From the NCBI GenBank assembly GCA_963779755.1, contig CAVZZO010000003.1, positions 320,001 to 384,000 of the forward strand: a stretch of DNA of 64,000 bases, read 5' to 3'. The translations under genes and the position numbers were made by a program. The notes under the pieces were generated by a model. The model worked only from the letters and a program-made list of their open reading frames with translations. It was not told where the DNA came from and searched no databases. Shown piece after piece: positions 50,257 to 59,213 of the stretch; the first letter of the stretch is position 1, and the number at the start of each line of letters is the position of its first letter. The stretch comes from an uncultured Gemmatimonadales bacterium (lineage in GTDB: Bacteria; Gemmatimonadota; Gemmatimonadetes; Gemmatimonadales; GWC2-71-9).

Positions 50257-50602
50257 CATGCGCAAGGACCTGTTCGACCAACTGCTGGCCAGCATCACGC
50301 AGATGAAGGAGATCGAGGCGGGCCGCCGGAAGCCCTCCCGGGTAACCCGCGGGGAGGACTTGCTGGCCAGCGAGCCCCCCGACGTCGCGGCCCTCCGTGC
50401 CCACTTTGGCTTGAGCCAGAGCAAGTTCGCGGCGCTACTTGGCATCAGCGTGGATACTCTGCAGAACTGGGAGCAGCATCGCCGCACGCCCGAGGGGCCT
50501 GCTCGGGTGCTTCTTCGTGTCGCCGCGACTCATCCGGAGGCGCTGCTTTCGATCTCCCAGAACCCCGCCCCCCGCCGTCGCGCCCGCAAAATAGCCGTCT
50601 AG
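50257..50602 (+). CDS. HTH (HigA-like) antitoxin
   Basis: GLSQSKFAALLGISVDTLQNWEQHRRTPEGPA; start approximate. Confidence 0.85.
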
Positions 50603-50637
50603 CCGCCTCGACCGACGCCACGGAGCGAGGTGCTGCG

Positions 50638-50779
50638 GTCTAACGAAGTGCGCGTGTGTTGCAGCGCGATCCCCACCTCCTTCACAAACCTACGTTTCCG
50701 CAGCGCGGCCGCTAGATCGACGGGAAATGCACCAACCGCCGGCAGCCCCCGGCCTGCAGAACGATGCTGCTTGTTAGGA
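50638..50779 (-). repeat. attC site
   Basis: GTCTAAC...GCTTGTTAGGA. Confidence 0.9.
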
Positions 50780-50806
50780 GGCGCCCGGCGTATTACATTG
50801 CATGAC

Positions 50807-51028
50807 ATGAAAAGCTCAGCCCTGACCATCCGCCTCGATCCCGAATTGGAGCGAGAGCTCGCCCGGGTGGCGAAACGCTCCGGCCGTTCCCGCAGCCAGG
50901 TCGTCCGCGACGCCTTACGCCGTCAACTGGCGATCGCTCAATTCCAGGATCTCCGCCGCCGGATCATGCCGCTCGCTGAGGCTGCCGGCTACCTGACCGA
51001 TGAGGATGTCTTTCGCGACGTCTCGTGA
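50807..51028 (+). CDS. CopG/ribbon-helix-helix antitoxin
   Basis: LTIRLDPEL...SRSQVVRDALRR. Confidence 0.85.
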   Translation: MKSSALTIRLDPELERELARVAKRSGRSRSQVVRDALRRQLAIAQFQDLRRRIMPLAEAAGYLTDEDVFRDVS

Positions 51029-51426
51029 GAGTCTTCTTCGATACCAATGTGCTGGTGAGCGCATTGGCTACTCGGGGGCTATGCGCTGACCTCTTCCAAG
51101 CTACTCTGGCGGACCATGATCTTCTCATTGGCGAAACGGTCATCGCCGAACTCACGGACGTTCTCAAACGTAAATTCCACGCCAGTGCCGCGAACCTCGC
51201 TGAAATCGAAGCGCTCCTGCGTCGGCATGGCGAAGTCATTCACAGTGAGCGGCTACTGCAGGTGAGGATCCGTGATCCCAAAGATCGAGCGATTCTCGCG
51301 GAAGCCGTTGCTGGTCGGGCAGATATCCTGGTCACAGGGGACCGTGACCTTCTCTCCATCACCGCCCGCGCGCCGATACCAATTCGCTCGCCCAGGGAGT
51401 TTTGGGAGGCCCTCCGGTCGAAATAG
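51025..51426 (+). CDS. PIN-domain toxin
   Basis: FFDTNVLVSA, RDPKD, LVTGDRDLL; GTGA overlap. Confidence 0.9.
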   Translation: MRVFFDTNVLVSALATRGLCADLFQATLADHDLLIGETVIAELTDVLKRKFHASAANLAEIEALLRRHGEVIHSERLLQVRIRDPKDRAILAEAVAGRADILVTGDRDLLSITARAPIPIRSPREFWEALRSK

Positions 51427-51443
51427 CTCCGATACTTAGCGCC

Positions 51444-51583
51444 TCCTAACGAACTGCGCGTGTGCTGCAGCGCGATCCCGACTTCCTTCACAAACCTACG
51501 TTTCCGCAGCGCCGCCGCTAGATGCCCGGGACATGCTCCGATGCCGGCAGCACCGGCCCGCCCATTGGAAACGCTAGTTAAAC
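51444..51583 (-). repeat. attC site
   Basis: TCCTAAC...GAAACGCTAGTTAAAC. Confidence 0.9.
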
Positions 51584-51967
51584 CGCCATCGGGCGGATGC
51601 TCGCCCGCACCCACTCCAAAAGCTGCTCCCGGCTCAGGCGGCCAGCCGCAACTCCCAGAATGACCTCTTCCGCCTTGTCCACCGAAGAAACCAGCTCCTG
51701 GCCATTGAGAACCAAGAAGACTTCCATAGCTGCGTGGCCGATCCGCTTGTTCCCGTCCACAAAGGGATGATTCTGGATCAGGCTAAACGCCAGGGCGGTC
51801 GCCTTGGCCGCGAGGTCCGGGTACAGGTCCTCTCCACCAAAGGTCATCCGTGGCTGGGCGAGCGCGGCCTCAAGCGCCCCGAGGTCCCGGATGCCAGAAG
51901 CGCCGCCGCTCTGATGGAGCAGACGGCGCTGAAGCTCAATCGCTTCGCCGAGTGTGAGGTACCGCAC
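51578..51967 (-). CDS. doc: Doc/Fic family toxin
   Basis: HPFVDGNKRIG; stop within attC core. Confidence 0.92.
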   Translation of the reverse strand: MRYLTLGEAIELQRRLLHQSGGASGIRDLGALEAALAQPRMTFGGEDLYPDLAAKATALAFSLIQNHPFVDGNKRIGHAAMEVFLVLNGQELVSSVDKAEEVILGVAAGRLSREQLLEWVRASIRPMAV

Positions 51968-51968
51968 C

Positions 51969-52163
51969 CTAGGCGAGCCGGCGATACAGTTCGCTGTTCT
52001 TGCTCAGAACACGACGCGCAGCTTCCTCGAAGTCCTTCTCGGGGTTCGCGATGAAGTCACGCACCGCCGCCGCGGCCAGATCCGCCGGGGGAACGCGCAA
52101 CTCCGCGGCGGCCTCCCGGAGGCGCCGCTCGGCATCGTCAGGCAGTTGGATCGAAAGGGTCAT
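51969..52163 (-). CDS. Antitoxin partner of Doc
   Basis: 64 aa ending KNSELYRRLA, directly upstream of doc. Confidence 0.82.
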   Translation of the reverse strand: MTLSIQLPDDAERRLREAAAELRVPPADLAAAAVRDFIANPEKDFEEAARRVLSKNSELYRRLA

Positions 52164-52216
52164 AGAGCCTCCGCTCCAATTCTAGCCCATCCGGACGCTC
52201 CGGGCCAGTTCTGGCG

Positions 52217-52357
52217 GTTTAACGAAGTGCGCGTGTGCTGCGGCGCGATGCCCAGCACCCTCACAAACCTACGTTTCCACCGCGCGACCGCGAGACCACT
52301 GGGAAATGCCCCAAGCGGCCGCAGCGCCGGCCCGCCTGCTGCAAACACTTGTTAGAG
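52217..52357 (-). repeat. attC site
   Basis: GTTTAAC...CACTTGTTAGAG. Confidence 0.9.
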
Positions 52358-52427
52358 GGCTTTGCCTTGCTCGTACAACGATATAGCGATAGATTACGCA
52401 GTCGTTGTACAGGCCTAGGAGGACAGA

Positions 52428-52634
52428 GTGTCTATCGTCAAAGTGTCGCCCAAGTACCAGGTGGTCATCCCGCAAAAGATCCGGGAAGCCCTCGGGATTG
52501 CTCCGGGCCAGAAGGTCCAGGCTATCCAGTACGGCGACCGGATCGAGTTCATCCCCGTGAAGCGGTTGCGGCAAATGCGTGGCTTTCTTGGGGGCATCGA
52601 CACTGAGGTGCCCCGCGAAGCGGACCGGGTGTGA
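52428..52634 (+). CDS. AbrB/MazE/SpoVT family antitoxin
   Basis: VSPKYQVVIPQKIREALGIAPG. Confidence 0.9.
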   Translation: MSIVKVSPKYQVVIPQKIREALGIAPGQKVQAIQYGDRIEFIPVKRLRQMRGFLGGIDTEVPREADRV

Positions 52635-53005
52635 ACGTCGTCGACTCGTCGGCCTGGCTCGAGTACTTCGCCGATGGCCCGAACGCAGCTTTCTTCGCTC
52701 CAGCCATTGAGCAGACGGCCAAGCTTCTCATCCCCACCGTGTGCCTCTATGAAGTCTTCAAACGGGTTCTCCTGCAGCGGGGGGAGGGCCCTGCCCTCCA
52801 AGCCATTGCCCTCATGCAGCAAGGTACCCTGGTGGACTTGGACGGCCCGATTGCCCTCACGGCGGCCCGCCTCAGCTCCGATCTCAAGCTGCCGATGGCT
52901 GACAGCATTGTTCTCGCAAGCGCTCGGCACCATGCAGCAACGGTCTGGACGCAGGATGTGGATTTTGAGAGCCTCCCCGACGGTCGATTTGCCCGGAAGA
53001 AGTAG
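52631..53005 (+). CDS. vapC: VapC PIN-domain toxin
   Basis: VVDSSAWLEYF, LPMADS, WTQDVDF. Confidence 0.9.
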   Translation: MNVVDSSAWLEYFADGPNAAFFAPAIEQTAKLLIPTVCLYEVFKRVLLQRGEGPALQAIALMQQGTLVDLDGPIALTAARLSSDLKLPMADSIVLASARHHAATVWTQDVDFESLPDGRFARKK

Positions 53006-53015
53006 GGGCAAAGCT

Positions 53016-53156
53016 GGCTAACGAAGTGCGTTTCAGCGGCGGCGCGATGCTCCGCGCCTCTCACAATCCTACGCTTCCACAGCGCGACCGCTAGATCCCC
53101 GGGGATGCGCCAGCGGCCTGCAGCCTCGGCGCGCCCGCTGGAAACGCTAGTTAGGC
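53016..53156 (-). repeat. attC site
   Basis: GGCTAAC...GAAACGCTAGTTAGGC. Confidence 0.9.
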
Positions 53157-53157
53157 C

Positions 53158-53451
53158 TCATTCCCGACGCAGCCAACGGCGGGGGTGCCGGCGCCCATGG
53201 ATGATCCCGAGGACAGAGATCACCGACGGAAATACCCGGTAGTAGACCGCATAGGGGAACCGATGCAAAAGGGCCCGCCGAACGTTCGGGCGGACCTCGG
53301 GGAAGGCTTCAGGATGCTGACGAATGGCAAGGAACTCGTCGTCCAGGGCTTCGACGAACTGTCGCGCCCGCTCTAGTGACTTACTGGCATACCAGATAGT
53401 GGCCTCGGCGAGCTCGGTGCTGGCCTGTGACCGAAGCCTAAGAGGGAGCAC
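53158..53451 (-). CDS. ParE/RelE family toxin
   Basis: RRALLHRFPYAVYY, HGRRHPRRW. Confidence 0.88.
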   Translation of the reverse strand: MLPLRLRSQASTELAEATIWYASKSLERARQFVEALDDEFLAIRQHPEAFPEVRPNVRRALLHRFPYAVYYRVFPSVISVLGIIHGRRHPRRWLRRE

Positions 53452-53669
53452 TACTTGAGGTGACGCTTAAGGTCCGCCTTGACCGCGTCCCAATCGCGCC
53501 CACCCTCGGGGTCCTTCTCGGCCTGCCCCGACCGACGGTCCAGCTCGGCGGCGAGTTCCGGGGACATCGGGGCCGCCTCCTCGGCCTCGAGACTGTCCCA
53601 GATAGCCTCAAGGAGGTCGAGGCGCTCCTGAGGAGTCAGCCGGGAGATATCGACTTTGGGGTGTGCCAT
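53451..53669 (-). CDS. Addiction-module antitoxin
   Basis: LTPQERLDLLEAIWDSL...ELDRR...WDAVK. Confidence 0.88.
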   Translation of the reverse strand: MAHPKVDISRLTPQERLDLLEAIWDSLEAEEAAPMSPELAAELDRRSGQAEKDPEGGRDWDAVKADLKRHLK

Positions 53670-53718
53670 GCTTCAATCTCGGTCCGGGGCCCCAGGTAGG
53701 CAAGATCAGGGCAATGAG

Positions 53719-53859
53719 GCCTAACGAAGTGCGTGTAAGCGGCGGCGCGATGCCCCGCCCTCTCACAATCCTACGCTTCCACAGCGCGACCGCTAAATGC
53801 CCGGGAGATGCAACGACTCGCCGCAGCTCCGGCCCGCTCGCTGGAAACGCTAGTTAAGC
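53719..53859 (-). repeat. attC site
   Basis: GCCTAAC...GAAACGCTAGTTAAGC. Confidence 0.9.
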
Positions 53860-53860
53860 G

Positions 53861-54047
53861 TCAGGGCGCGGGGATCTCAAGATCCCGGCAGATCTTGCGC
53901 GCCAGATGCTCATTTAGCTCGCGATGCCGAGGCACCGTCGTGGCCTTGCGGGCCGTCCGGTTGACATAAACCGAATGGGCGCCACCCTCCCGAAAGGAGT
54001 TGGCACCCATTGTCCTCAAGGTGCTTGATCAGATCGCGACGCTTCAC
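53861..54047 (-). pseudogene. hicA: HicA toxin with +1 frameshift
   Basis: MKRRDLIKHLEDNGCQLL then REGGAHSVY...VPRHREL in another frame; span is 187 nt. Confidence 0.78.
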
Positions 54048-54265
54048 GCCGAGATACGCAGAGGCTCGCGGATTACCGCCTGGCCGGCGAGGGACTCCTC
54101 AGCGAGGGTGCGGTTGGCCTCCAGGACAAGGTGAATTGCCTCCTGGAGATTCTGCCGGGCCTCGTCGAGGGTTGCACCCTGGGTATTCGCGCCCGGCAGC
54201 TCCTCTACGAAACCGATATACCCCTCGGGAACCTCTTGGAAAACGGCCGTAAGCTGGAGCTGCAT
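54044..54265 (-). CDS. hicB: HicB family antitoxin
   Basis: ELPGANTQGATLDEARQNLQEA; AGGAG RBS. Confidence 0.9.
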   Translation of the reverse strand: MQLQLTAVFQEVPEGYIGFVEELPGANTQGATLDEARQNLQEAIHLVLEANRTLAEESLAGQAVIREPLRISA

Positions 54266-54313
54266 GGGGGCTCCTCCTTGGAGCCTGAAATATAGCGGCG
54301 ACCGGTCCCTGAC

Positions 54314-54446
54314 GCTTAACGAAGTGCGCGTGTGCTGCGGCGCGAACCCGCGCTCCTTCACAAACCTACGTTTCCACAGCGCGACAGCTAGATCCCCGGG
54401 AGATGCGCCGCCAGCCCGCGCGACCGGCCCGTCAGAACGACGCGCT
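54314..54446 (-). repeat. attC site interrupted by IS110-family element (remainder at 57039-57048)
   Basis: Ends CAGAACGACGCGCT; AGTTAGGC resumes after the element. Confidence 0.9.
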
Positions 54447-54447
54447 C

Positions 54448-54903
54448 ATGTACGCGGATCCTTTCGGGCTGCTTGCCCAGGATTGTTGTATCGAAACGGG
54501 GGATTGGCGAAAGGATAACCTGCTTCACCCTGCTGTCTACAGCGGCAAGAGAGACAACCCGATGCTGGGAGTAGCTGTGGGTCTCCTGGCCGTTGCAGGT
54601 GGGGCCGAACTGGCTGCTCCCAGGTTATTTGCCGCGGCCACCGCTGCTCTTCCTAAGGTACCGTTTGAGAAATTCCAGGACTGGGGACGAAATGTTGTCC
54701 AATGGGGCCGTGGGGCAGCGGGGGCAATTCAGCGGGTTTCTGAAGTGACGGCCGAGCAGGCCTCTAAATTGGATCCACAGAAAGTGAAGATGGCTCGCGA
54801 CTTCTACCAGAAAGCTGTTGATGCTGGCCGAGGGGGAGCCGCCGCACCCGAACGAGTAAAGCTGATGGAACGCATTTTAGACCTGCAGCAGAGAACCCAT
54901 TAG
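54448..54903 (+). CDS. Orphan Rhs C-terminal toxin-like tip, type B
   Basis: MYADPFGL start, hydrophobic linker, C-domain WGRGAAGAIQR..FYQ..RVKLMERI reminiscent of DUF4951 (from memory, unverified). Confidence 0.72.
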   Translation: MYADPFGLLAQDCCIETGDWRKDNLLHPAVYSGKRDNPMLGVAVGLLAVAGGAELAAPRLFAAATAALPKVPFEKFQDWGRNVVQWGRGAAGAIQRVSEVTAEQASKLDPQKVKMARDFYQKAVDAGRGGAAAPERVKLMERILDLQQRTH

Positions 54904-54949
54904 TGGCTCGGTCCGGTCTATTCGAGCATTGCAACACGGAGGAAGAGCC

Positions 54950-55198
54950 ATGCTGGAAGCAGCGGTCACACTTCGGCTTACGAATAGATGCGAAACTGCG
55001 CGGAAGCTCGTGATTGAGCCATGGACCACCGAGTTTCGACTGCAACCTGGGCACACTTACGACTTGGTGATATCAGGGGACCTTGGCCTCCCCTTAGAGG
55101 TTGAGTTCGAGGACGACGAACTAACCGTATACACTTTCGATTCCGCCAATGCCTCCTTCAAGATTTCCGAAGGCGGGGCTGAACTTAAACCACTGTAG
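54950..55198 (+). CDS. Putative immunity protein
   Basis: GGAGG RBS, 82 aa acidic protein with IEPW motif, directly after the tip. Confidence 0.65.
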   Translation: MLEAAVTLRLTNRCETARKLVIEPWTTEFRLQPGHTYDLVISGDLGLPLEVEFEDDELTVYTFDSANASFKISEGGAELKPL

Positions 55199-55687
55199 GA
55201 GCCCGGCCCTGTCTAGCCTGGGGCGCTCGGGGCGCCTCCGGGTTGTCGGGCCTGAACTCCGAGGGGTCGGGTCTAGTTAGGAGCCTCGCGGGCTGCCGCG
55301 CGTGGCGGACCTCGGCCGGCGGAAAAGGAAAGTGGTGGGGGCCCCACGAGTTCAGCGGAACCCATCGGCTCCAGACCTGCCGCGAGCCGGCTCCCTCGTC
55401 GGGCGTCATGCGCCCACGGGAGCAGACGGGGTCACCCCACCGGCTCCAAGGTGCTACCCGGTCCTTCGATTGTCAAAGAGCGCCGCGTTCCGCGTGCCGG
55501 CGGGATCCTGGCACCACCCTCATAGGTCGTTGAGGCTCGGGGCCTCCCACATCTTCATGGATGCTCTCCGATCCGCGGCCGGGCGGCCAGCCATACTCTG
55601 TGCGCGGAACTCACCGAAGACGCCGGCGGCTCAAGGCAAATAGAGGGCGGCCCGGCCGCGCACGCGCGGCTCCCCCCCGGTCTCCGA
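55198..55687 (-). ncRNA. Putative bridge/seek RNA region, copy 2
   Basis: Near-identical to 46947-47435; guide segments unchanged. Confidence 0.8.
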
Positions 55688-56956
55688 CTATTCGATCACC
55701 ACCGGCTCTGCGTGATGCCGCTGGGTCTCCCAGCGCTCCCGGTCGAACGGCTGGCCCGACTGGAGCACGGCCAGGAGGAGCGGCACCAGCTTGCGGGCCA
55801 CCGCGCAGACCGCCTTGGTCCGGAGCCCCCCGTTACGGGCGAGCAGGGCCTGATAGTACGCGCGGTAGAGCCCCCGGGGCTGGCACCAGCGGCCGCCCAG
55901 GAGGAACAGCTGGCGGCGGAGCAGCGGCCGGCCCCGTTTGGACTGTTTGCGCCGCCCCTGCACGCTGCCGCTGGAACGCTCGACCAGATTCATGCCTGCG
56001 AGTTTCAGCACCTGGCGGGGATGAGTGAAGCGCTCCGGAGTGCCCAGCTCGGCCACAATCGTAGCCGCACAGGTGGCACTCACCTCGGGAATGGTGGTCA
56101 GCGCCTTGGCGGCGGGACACTGCTCCACCAAGGCGGCGATCTGCTGGTTCAACACCGCGAGCTGCTCCCGCAGGAGGTCCCAGCGGGCCAGGAGCTGCTG
56201 GATCTCCAACCGCCGCTCGGGAGCGGCGTCGGCCAGGGCGACACTGGTGCGGGCGGACTCGCGCAGGACGTGGAGCCGCTCCGGGCCCACGTGGCCCCGC
56301 GAGACGGACCGCGCCAGGCGCGTCACCGCGGCCGGGGCGGCCGCCAGGAAGTCCTGCGGCAGCGGCCAACGCGCCAGCAGGGCGCGCGGGGTGGGCTTGC
56401 GCACCTGCGAGAAGTGCGTCAGGAACTCGGGCCAGGCCAGGTCGAGCAGGCTCTGGAGACGGTTCTTGAACCGGGTTTCCTCGACGGTTAACCGGTGCCG
56501 GTGGGTGGTGAGCAGCCGCAGCTCGAGATACGGGGGCTGCAGCGCCGGATACCCCACGAAGATCCCCAGGCTCACCAGCTTGCAGATCTCGGCGGCATCC
56601 TTCGCGTCCGTCTTGTTGGGGCTGTTATCCTCCAGTTCCTTGGCCCGCTTGGTGTGGGCCGGCAGGATATTGACCAGCGCATAGCCGCGCGCCCGCAGGC
56701 ACTCGGCAAACGTGAAGCCGTGATGGCCGGCGAACTCCAGCCCCACCAGCATCTGTCCGGGCCGGACGCCGGGAAACCAGGCCGTCAACTGCGCCGCGGC
56801 GGCCTCGAAGCCTGCGCGGCTCACCGGCACTCGGACCGGCTTCGTCCGCCGGCCATCGGGGCCCTGGGCGACCAGGACGTGAACGCGCTTGGCGGTGTCC
56901 ACACCCACGTGGACGGGAAACCAGCGGGCGTAGGCGGACTTCTCATCGGGGGTCAT
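55688..56956 (-). CDS. IS110 family DEDD recombinase/transposase
   Basis: Near-identical to copy 1; intact; alternative start 56983. Confidence 0.95.
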   Translation of the reverse strand: MTPDEKSAYARWFPVHVGVDTAKRVHVLVAQGPDGRRTKPVRVPVSRAGFEAAAAQLTAWFPGVRPGQMLVGLEFAGHHGFTFAECLRARGYALVNILPAHTKRAKELEDNSPNKTDAKDAAEICKLVSLGIFVGYPALQPPYLELRLLTTHRHRLTVEETRFKNRLQSLLDLAWPEFLTHFSQVRKPTPRALLARWPLPQDFLAAAPAAVTRLARSVSRGHVGPERLHVLRESARTSVALADAAPERRLEIQQLLARWDLLREQLAVLNQQIAALVEQCPAAKALTTIPEVSATCAATIVAELGTPERFTHPRQVLKLAGMNLVERSSGSVQGRRKQSKRGRPLLRRQLFLLGGRWCQPRGLYRAYYQALLARNGGLRTKAVCAVARKLVPLLLAVLQSGQPFDRERWETQRHHAEPVVIE

Positions 56957-57065
56957 AGCGCGGCTCCGGGTGGAAGGAATCACAGGAGTCGCGGAAGGAG
57001 CTACGGGCCGCGCCGCGGCGTCAAGCGGGTATAGATGTCTAGTTAGGCTTCACTGCGCATTCAAC

Positions 57066-57446
57066 TTATCCGAAGCGTTCTCTGAAGCCTTCCTGTGCCT
57101 CGCTGATAATAGGCAAGAGCTCGTGCTCGGCGACTTGAACAGTTTCGATACCAAGCCGCTCCGCCTCACTGGCTACGGACTGAGCTACCAGATCCTTCGG
57201 AAGAAGCAGGGTCTTTGGCCAGCGCCTCTTATGATCATGCGCCTCCTTCAGCAGACGCTTTGCCTCGAGCTGACTGGGCTCCGCCTGATCTACTGGAACG
57301 GGCGCGGAGCTGAGAATGAAGCAGCTCGCCGCGTCCATCAGTGCAAGAAAATGGAAATCCCCGTCCTGCTCTGTGCGGATGGGCTCCTTGTTCAGTTTGA
57401 ACCAGATCCAGGCTTGGTTGATTTCGAACTGATTTGGGTGGAGCAC
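57066..57446 (-). CDS. Hypothetical cassette protein
   Basis: GTG start after AGAGG; fills the cassette. Confidence 0.7.
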   Translation of the reverse strand: MLHPNQFEINQAWIWFKLNKEPIRTEQDGDFHFLALMDAASCFILSSAPVPVDQAEPSQLEAKRLLKEAHDHKRRWPKTLLLPKDLVAQSVASEAERLGIETVQVAEHELLPIISEAQEGFRERFG

Positions 57447-57464
57447 TGGTGAACCTCTGGTGAA

Positions 57465-57605
57465 GCCTAACGAAGTGCGTTTCAGCGGCGGCGCGATGCC
57501 CCGCTCCTCCACAATCCTACGCTTCCACAGCGCGACCGCTAGATCCGGGGGCAATGCACCAACAGGCAGCAGCACCGGCCCGCCCGCTGGAAACGCTAGT
57601 TAGGG
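57465..57605 (-). repeat. attC site
   Basis: GCCTAAC...GAAACGCTAGTTAGGG. Confidence 0.9.
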
Positions 57606-58100
57606 TCGCAGGCGCTCGACACCCAAGTGAACCGGTTTCCACGAGTCGAAACCGGTACCGATCAGCGCGCCGAGAGCACCCCACGTCAGGCCAGTACCGA
57701 TTATGGCTCCGGCTTCCCCCTGACCTGCAGGTCGCTGCTCCGCTGTGCCGACCACATAGACCAAGGCCAGGCCGGCGCCCACGAGCGCACCGATCACCGC
57801 TCCTCGCCGTGCTTGGTTGCCTTGGCGTACTTCGACGAGGCTCAACCCGGCCGCGGGCCGGCGAATGGTGTCCGCGGCCCCCCTCGCAGTGCACGCGGGA
57901 CTCGGGTAGCTGCAATACACGATAGTATCCGTCTGGGCACCGAGTGGCGACAGCAAACGCCCACGCGCTGGAGGAGCGAGGGACCACGTCAGACGCACCA
58001 CACTCCCAACGGGGAGAACGGCTAGGGAGTCCCTCTTCTGGGCACCGGCAATCGCTGGCCACAGAAGGAGCAGGGCGACTGCAAAGAAGGCATGCCGCAT
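57600..58100 (-). CDS. Hypothetical exported protein with C-terminal glycine-rich hydrophobic hairpin
   Basis: Signal peptide; RGAVIGALVGAG...GALGALIG; stop in attC core. Confidence 0.65.
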   Translation of the reverse strand: MRHAFFAVALLLLWPAIAGAQKRDSLAVLPVGSVVRLTWSLAPPARGRLLSPLGAQTDTIVYCSYPSPACTARGAADTIRRPAAGLSLVEVRQGNQARRGAVIGALVGAGLALVYVVGTAEQRPAGQGEAGAIIGTGLTWGALGALIGTGFDSWKPVHLGVERLRP

Positions 58101-58178
58101 GTGCCGGGCCCGTGGAAGGAGACCTTCTGCCACTACTTGTTCTCCGTCCTCCAGCCGTGACCTAGTCGACTTGCTGCG

Positions 58179-58318
58179 CCCTAACGAAGTGCGTTTCAGC
58201 GGCGGCGCGATGCCCCGCTCCCTCACAATCCTACGCTTCCACAGCGCGGCCGCTAGATGTTTGGAGTTGCGCCAGGCGGCAGCAGCCCCGGCCCGTCCGC
58301 TGGAAACGCTAGTTACGC
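58179..58318 (-). repeat. attC site
   Basis: CCCTAAC...GAAACGCTAGTTACGC. Confidence 0.9.
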
Positions 58319-58324
58319 AGCAGC

Positions 58325-58537
58325 CTAAAGGTCGTTCGGAGTGAGCCCGGTATGCTTCGAGATTCGGGCGAGCATTCTGGGACCGATCTCCTCTTGGTCA
58401 TGGAAGGCAAAGACGAAGTCAGGCCAGCCTGCCCGACTCAACGTCCGGTGGGAGCCGGATTCGCGCTTGACAGACCAGCCGATCCGGAGAAGAGCCGCCA
58501 AGACCCGTCGGGCCTTGGCAGCTCCCCAGCTACTCAT
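58325..58537 (-). CDS. hicA: HicA family toxin
   Basis: LLRIGWSVKRESGSH, FAFHDQEEIG. Confidence 0.88.
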   Translation of the reverse strand: MSSWGAAKARRVLAALLRIGWSVKRESGSHRTLSRAGWPDFVFAFHDQEEIGPRMLARISKHTGLTPNDL

Positions 58538-58740
58538 GCGGCCTGAAAGCTAAGGTTCAGGAGTTCGGGGACAGCCTCGCCATGCTCCAAGCGTTCGGCC
58601 AAGGAACGCAAGGCCAGGGCTTGGACCCTCGCCACGGCGTCAGGCCGCGTGACCCCGTAGGCCATCACGCCCGGGAGGTCCTGGACCTCCGCAAGCCAAC
58701 GGCCATCAGTCTCCTGTTCGACCTCGATACGGAGAATCAC
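58534..58740 (-). CDS. hicB: HicB family antitoxin
   Basis: EQETDGRWLAEVQDLPGVMAYG. Confidence 0.88.
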   Translation of the reverse strand: MILRIEVEQETDGRWLAEVQDLPGVMAYGVTRPDAVARVQALALRSLAERLEHGEAVPELLNLSFQAA

Positions 58741-58797
58741 GGCGTTCCTCCAAGGCTAGTTTGCTTGGCCCAAATCTAACTGGGAAGCGGCCTTGCT

Positions 58798-58937
58798 GCG
58801 TAACGAAGTGCGCGTGTGCTGCAGCGCGATCCCGACTTCCTTCACAAACCTACGTTTCCGCAGCGCGGCCGCTAGATCCCTCGGAGATGCCCCACCCGGC
58901 GGCAGCACCGGCCTGCAGAACGACGCGCTTGTTACAC
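58798..58937 (-). repeat. attC site
   Basis: GCGTAAC...GACGCGCTTGTTACAC. Confidence 0.9.
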
Positions 58938-58943
58938 AGCACC

Positions 58944-59213
58944 CTAGAGGTCTTGGATCAGCCGCTCGTACTCGTCGTGGGAGCCAATCCAAAACCAAAG
59001 AATGAGCTCGCCCTCGCGCACGCCAAGAGCGCGATACCCCAGACTGACCCGGGCGGAGTAGATCGGCTGTGTGGCGTGGACTGGCTTGAAATGCAGGCTT
59101 GGGTGCTGCGGGTCGTCACGGAATTGCTGATAGGCCTTGCGGGCTCGCTCCTGCACATGGACCGGTAAGGCCCCGAACGCCTTCCGGAACCGGGCCGTGG
59201 TCCTGGAGATCAA
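58944..59213 (-). CDS. RelE/ParE-fold toxin
   Basis: TTG start overlapping the upstream stop; HPSLHFK, YSARVSLGYRALG, WFWIGSHDEY. Confidence 0.85.
   Translation of the reverse strand: MISRTTARFRKAFGALPVHVQERARKAYQQFRDDPQHPSLHFKPVHATQPIYSARVSLGYRALGVREGELILWFWIGSHDEYERLIQDL

Larger units (their letters stand above)
54447..57038 (-). mobile_element. IS110/IS1111-type element copy 2 with Rhs-tip cargo
   Basis: CT at 54445-46 and 57039-40; same termini as copy 1. Confidence 0.9.

Noticed and set aside
54403..54447. ORF-track N-terminal extensions of cassette genes through attC (for example NEVRVCC and HTRTSL peptides)
   Set aside because: These are translations of the repeat itself; real starts lie inside the cassettes.
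54552..54560. GACAACCCG in tip B as the target of loop 3
   Set aside because: It is followed by AT rather than CT, and the same 9-mer occurs near 33663, so chance is sufficient.
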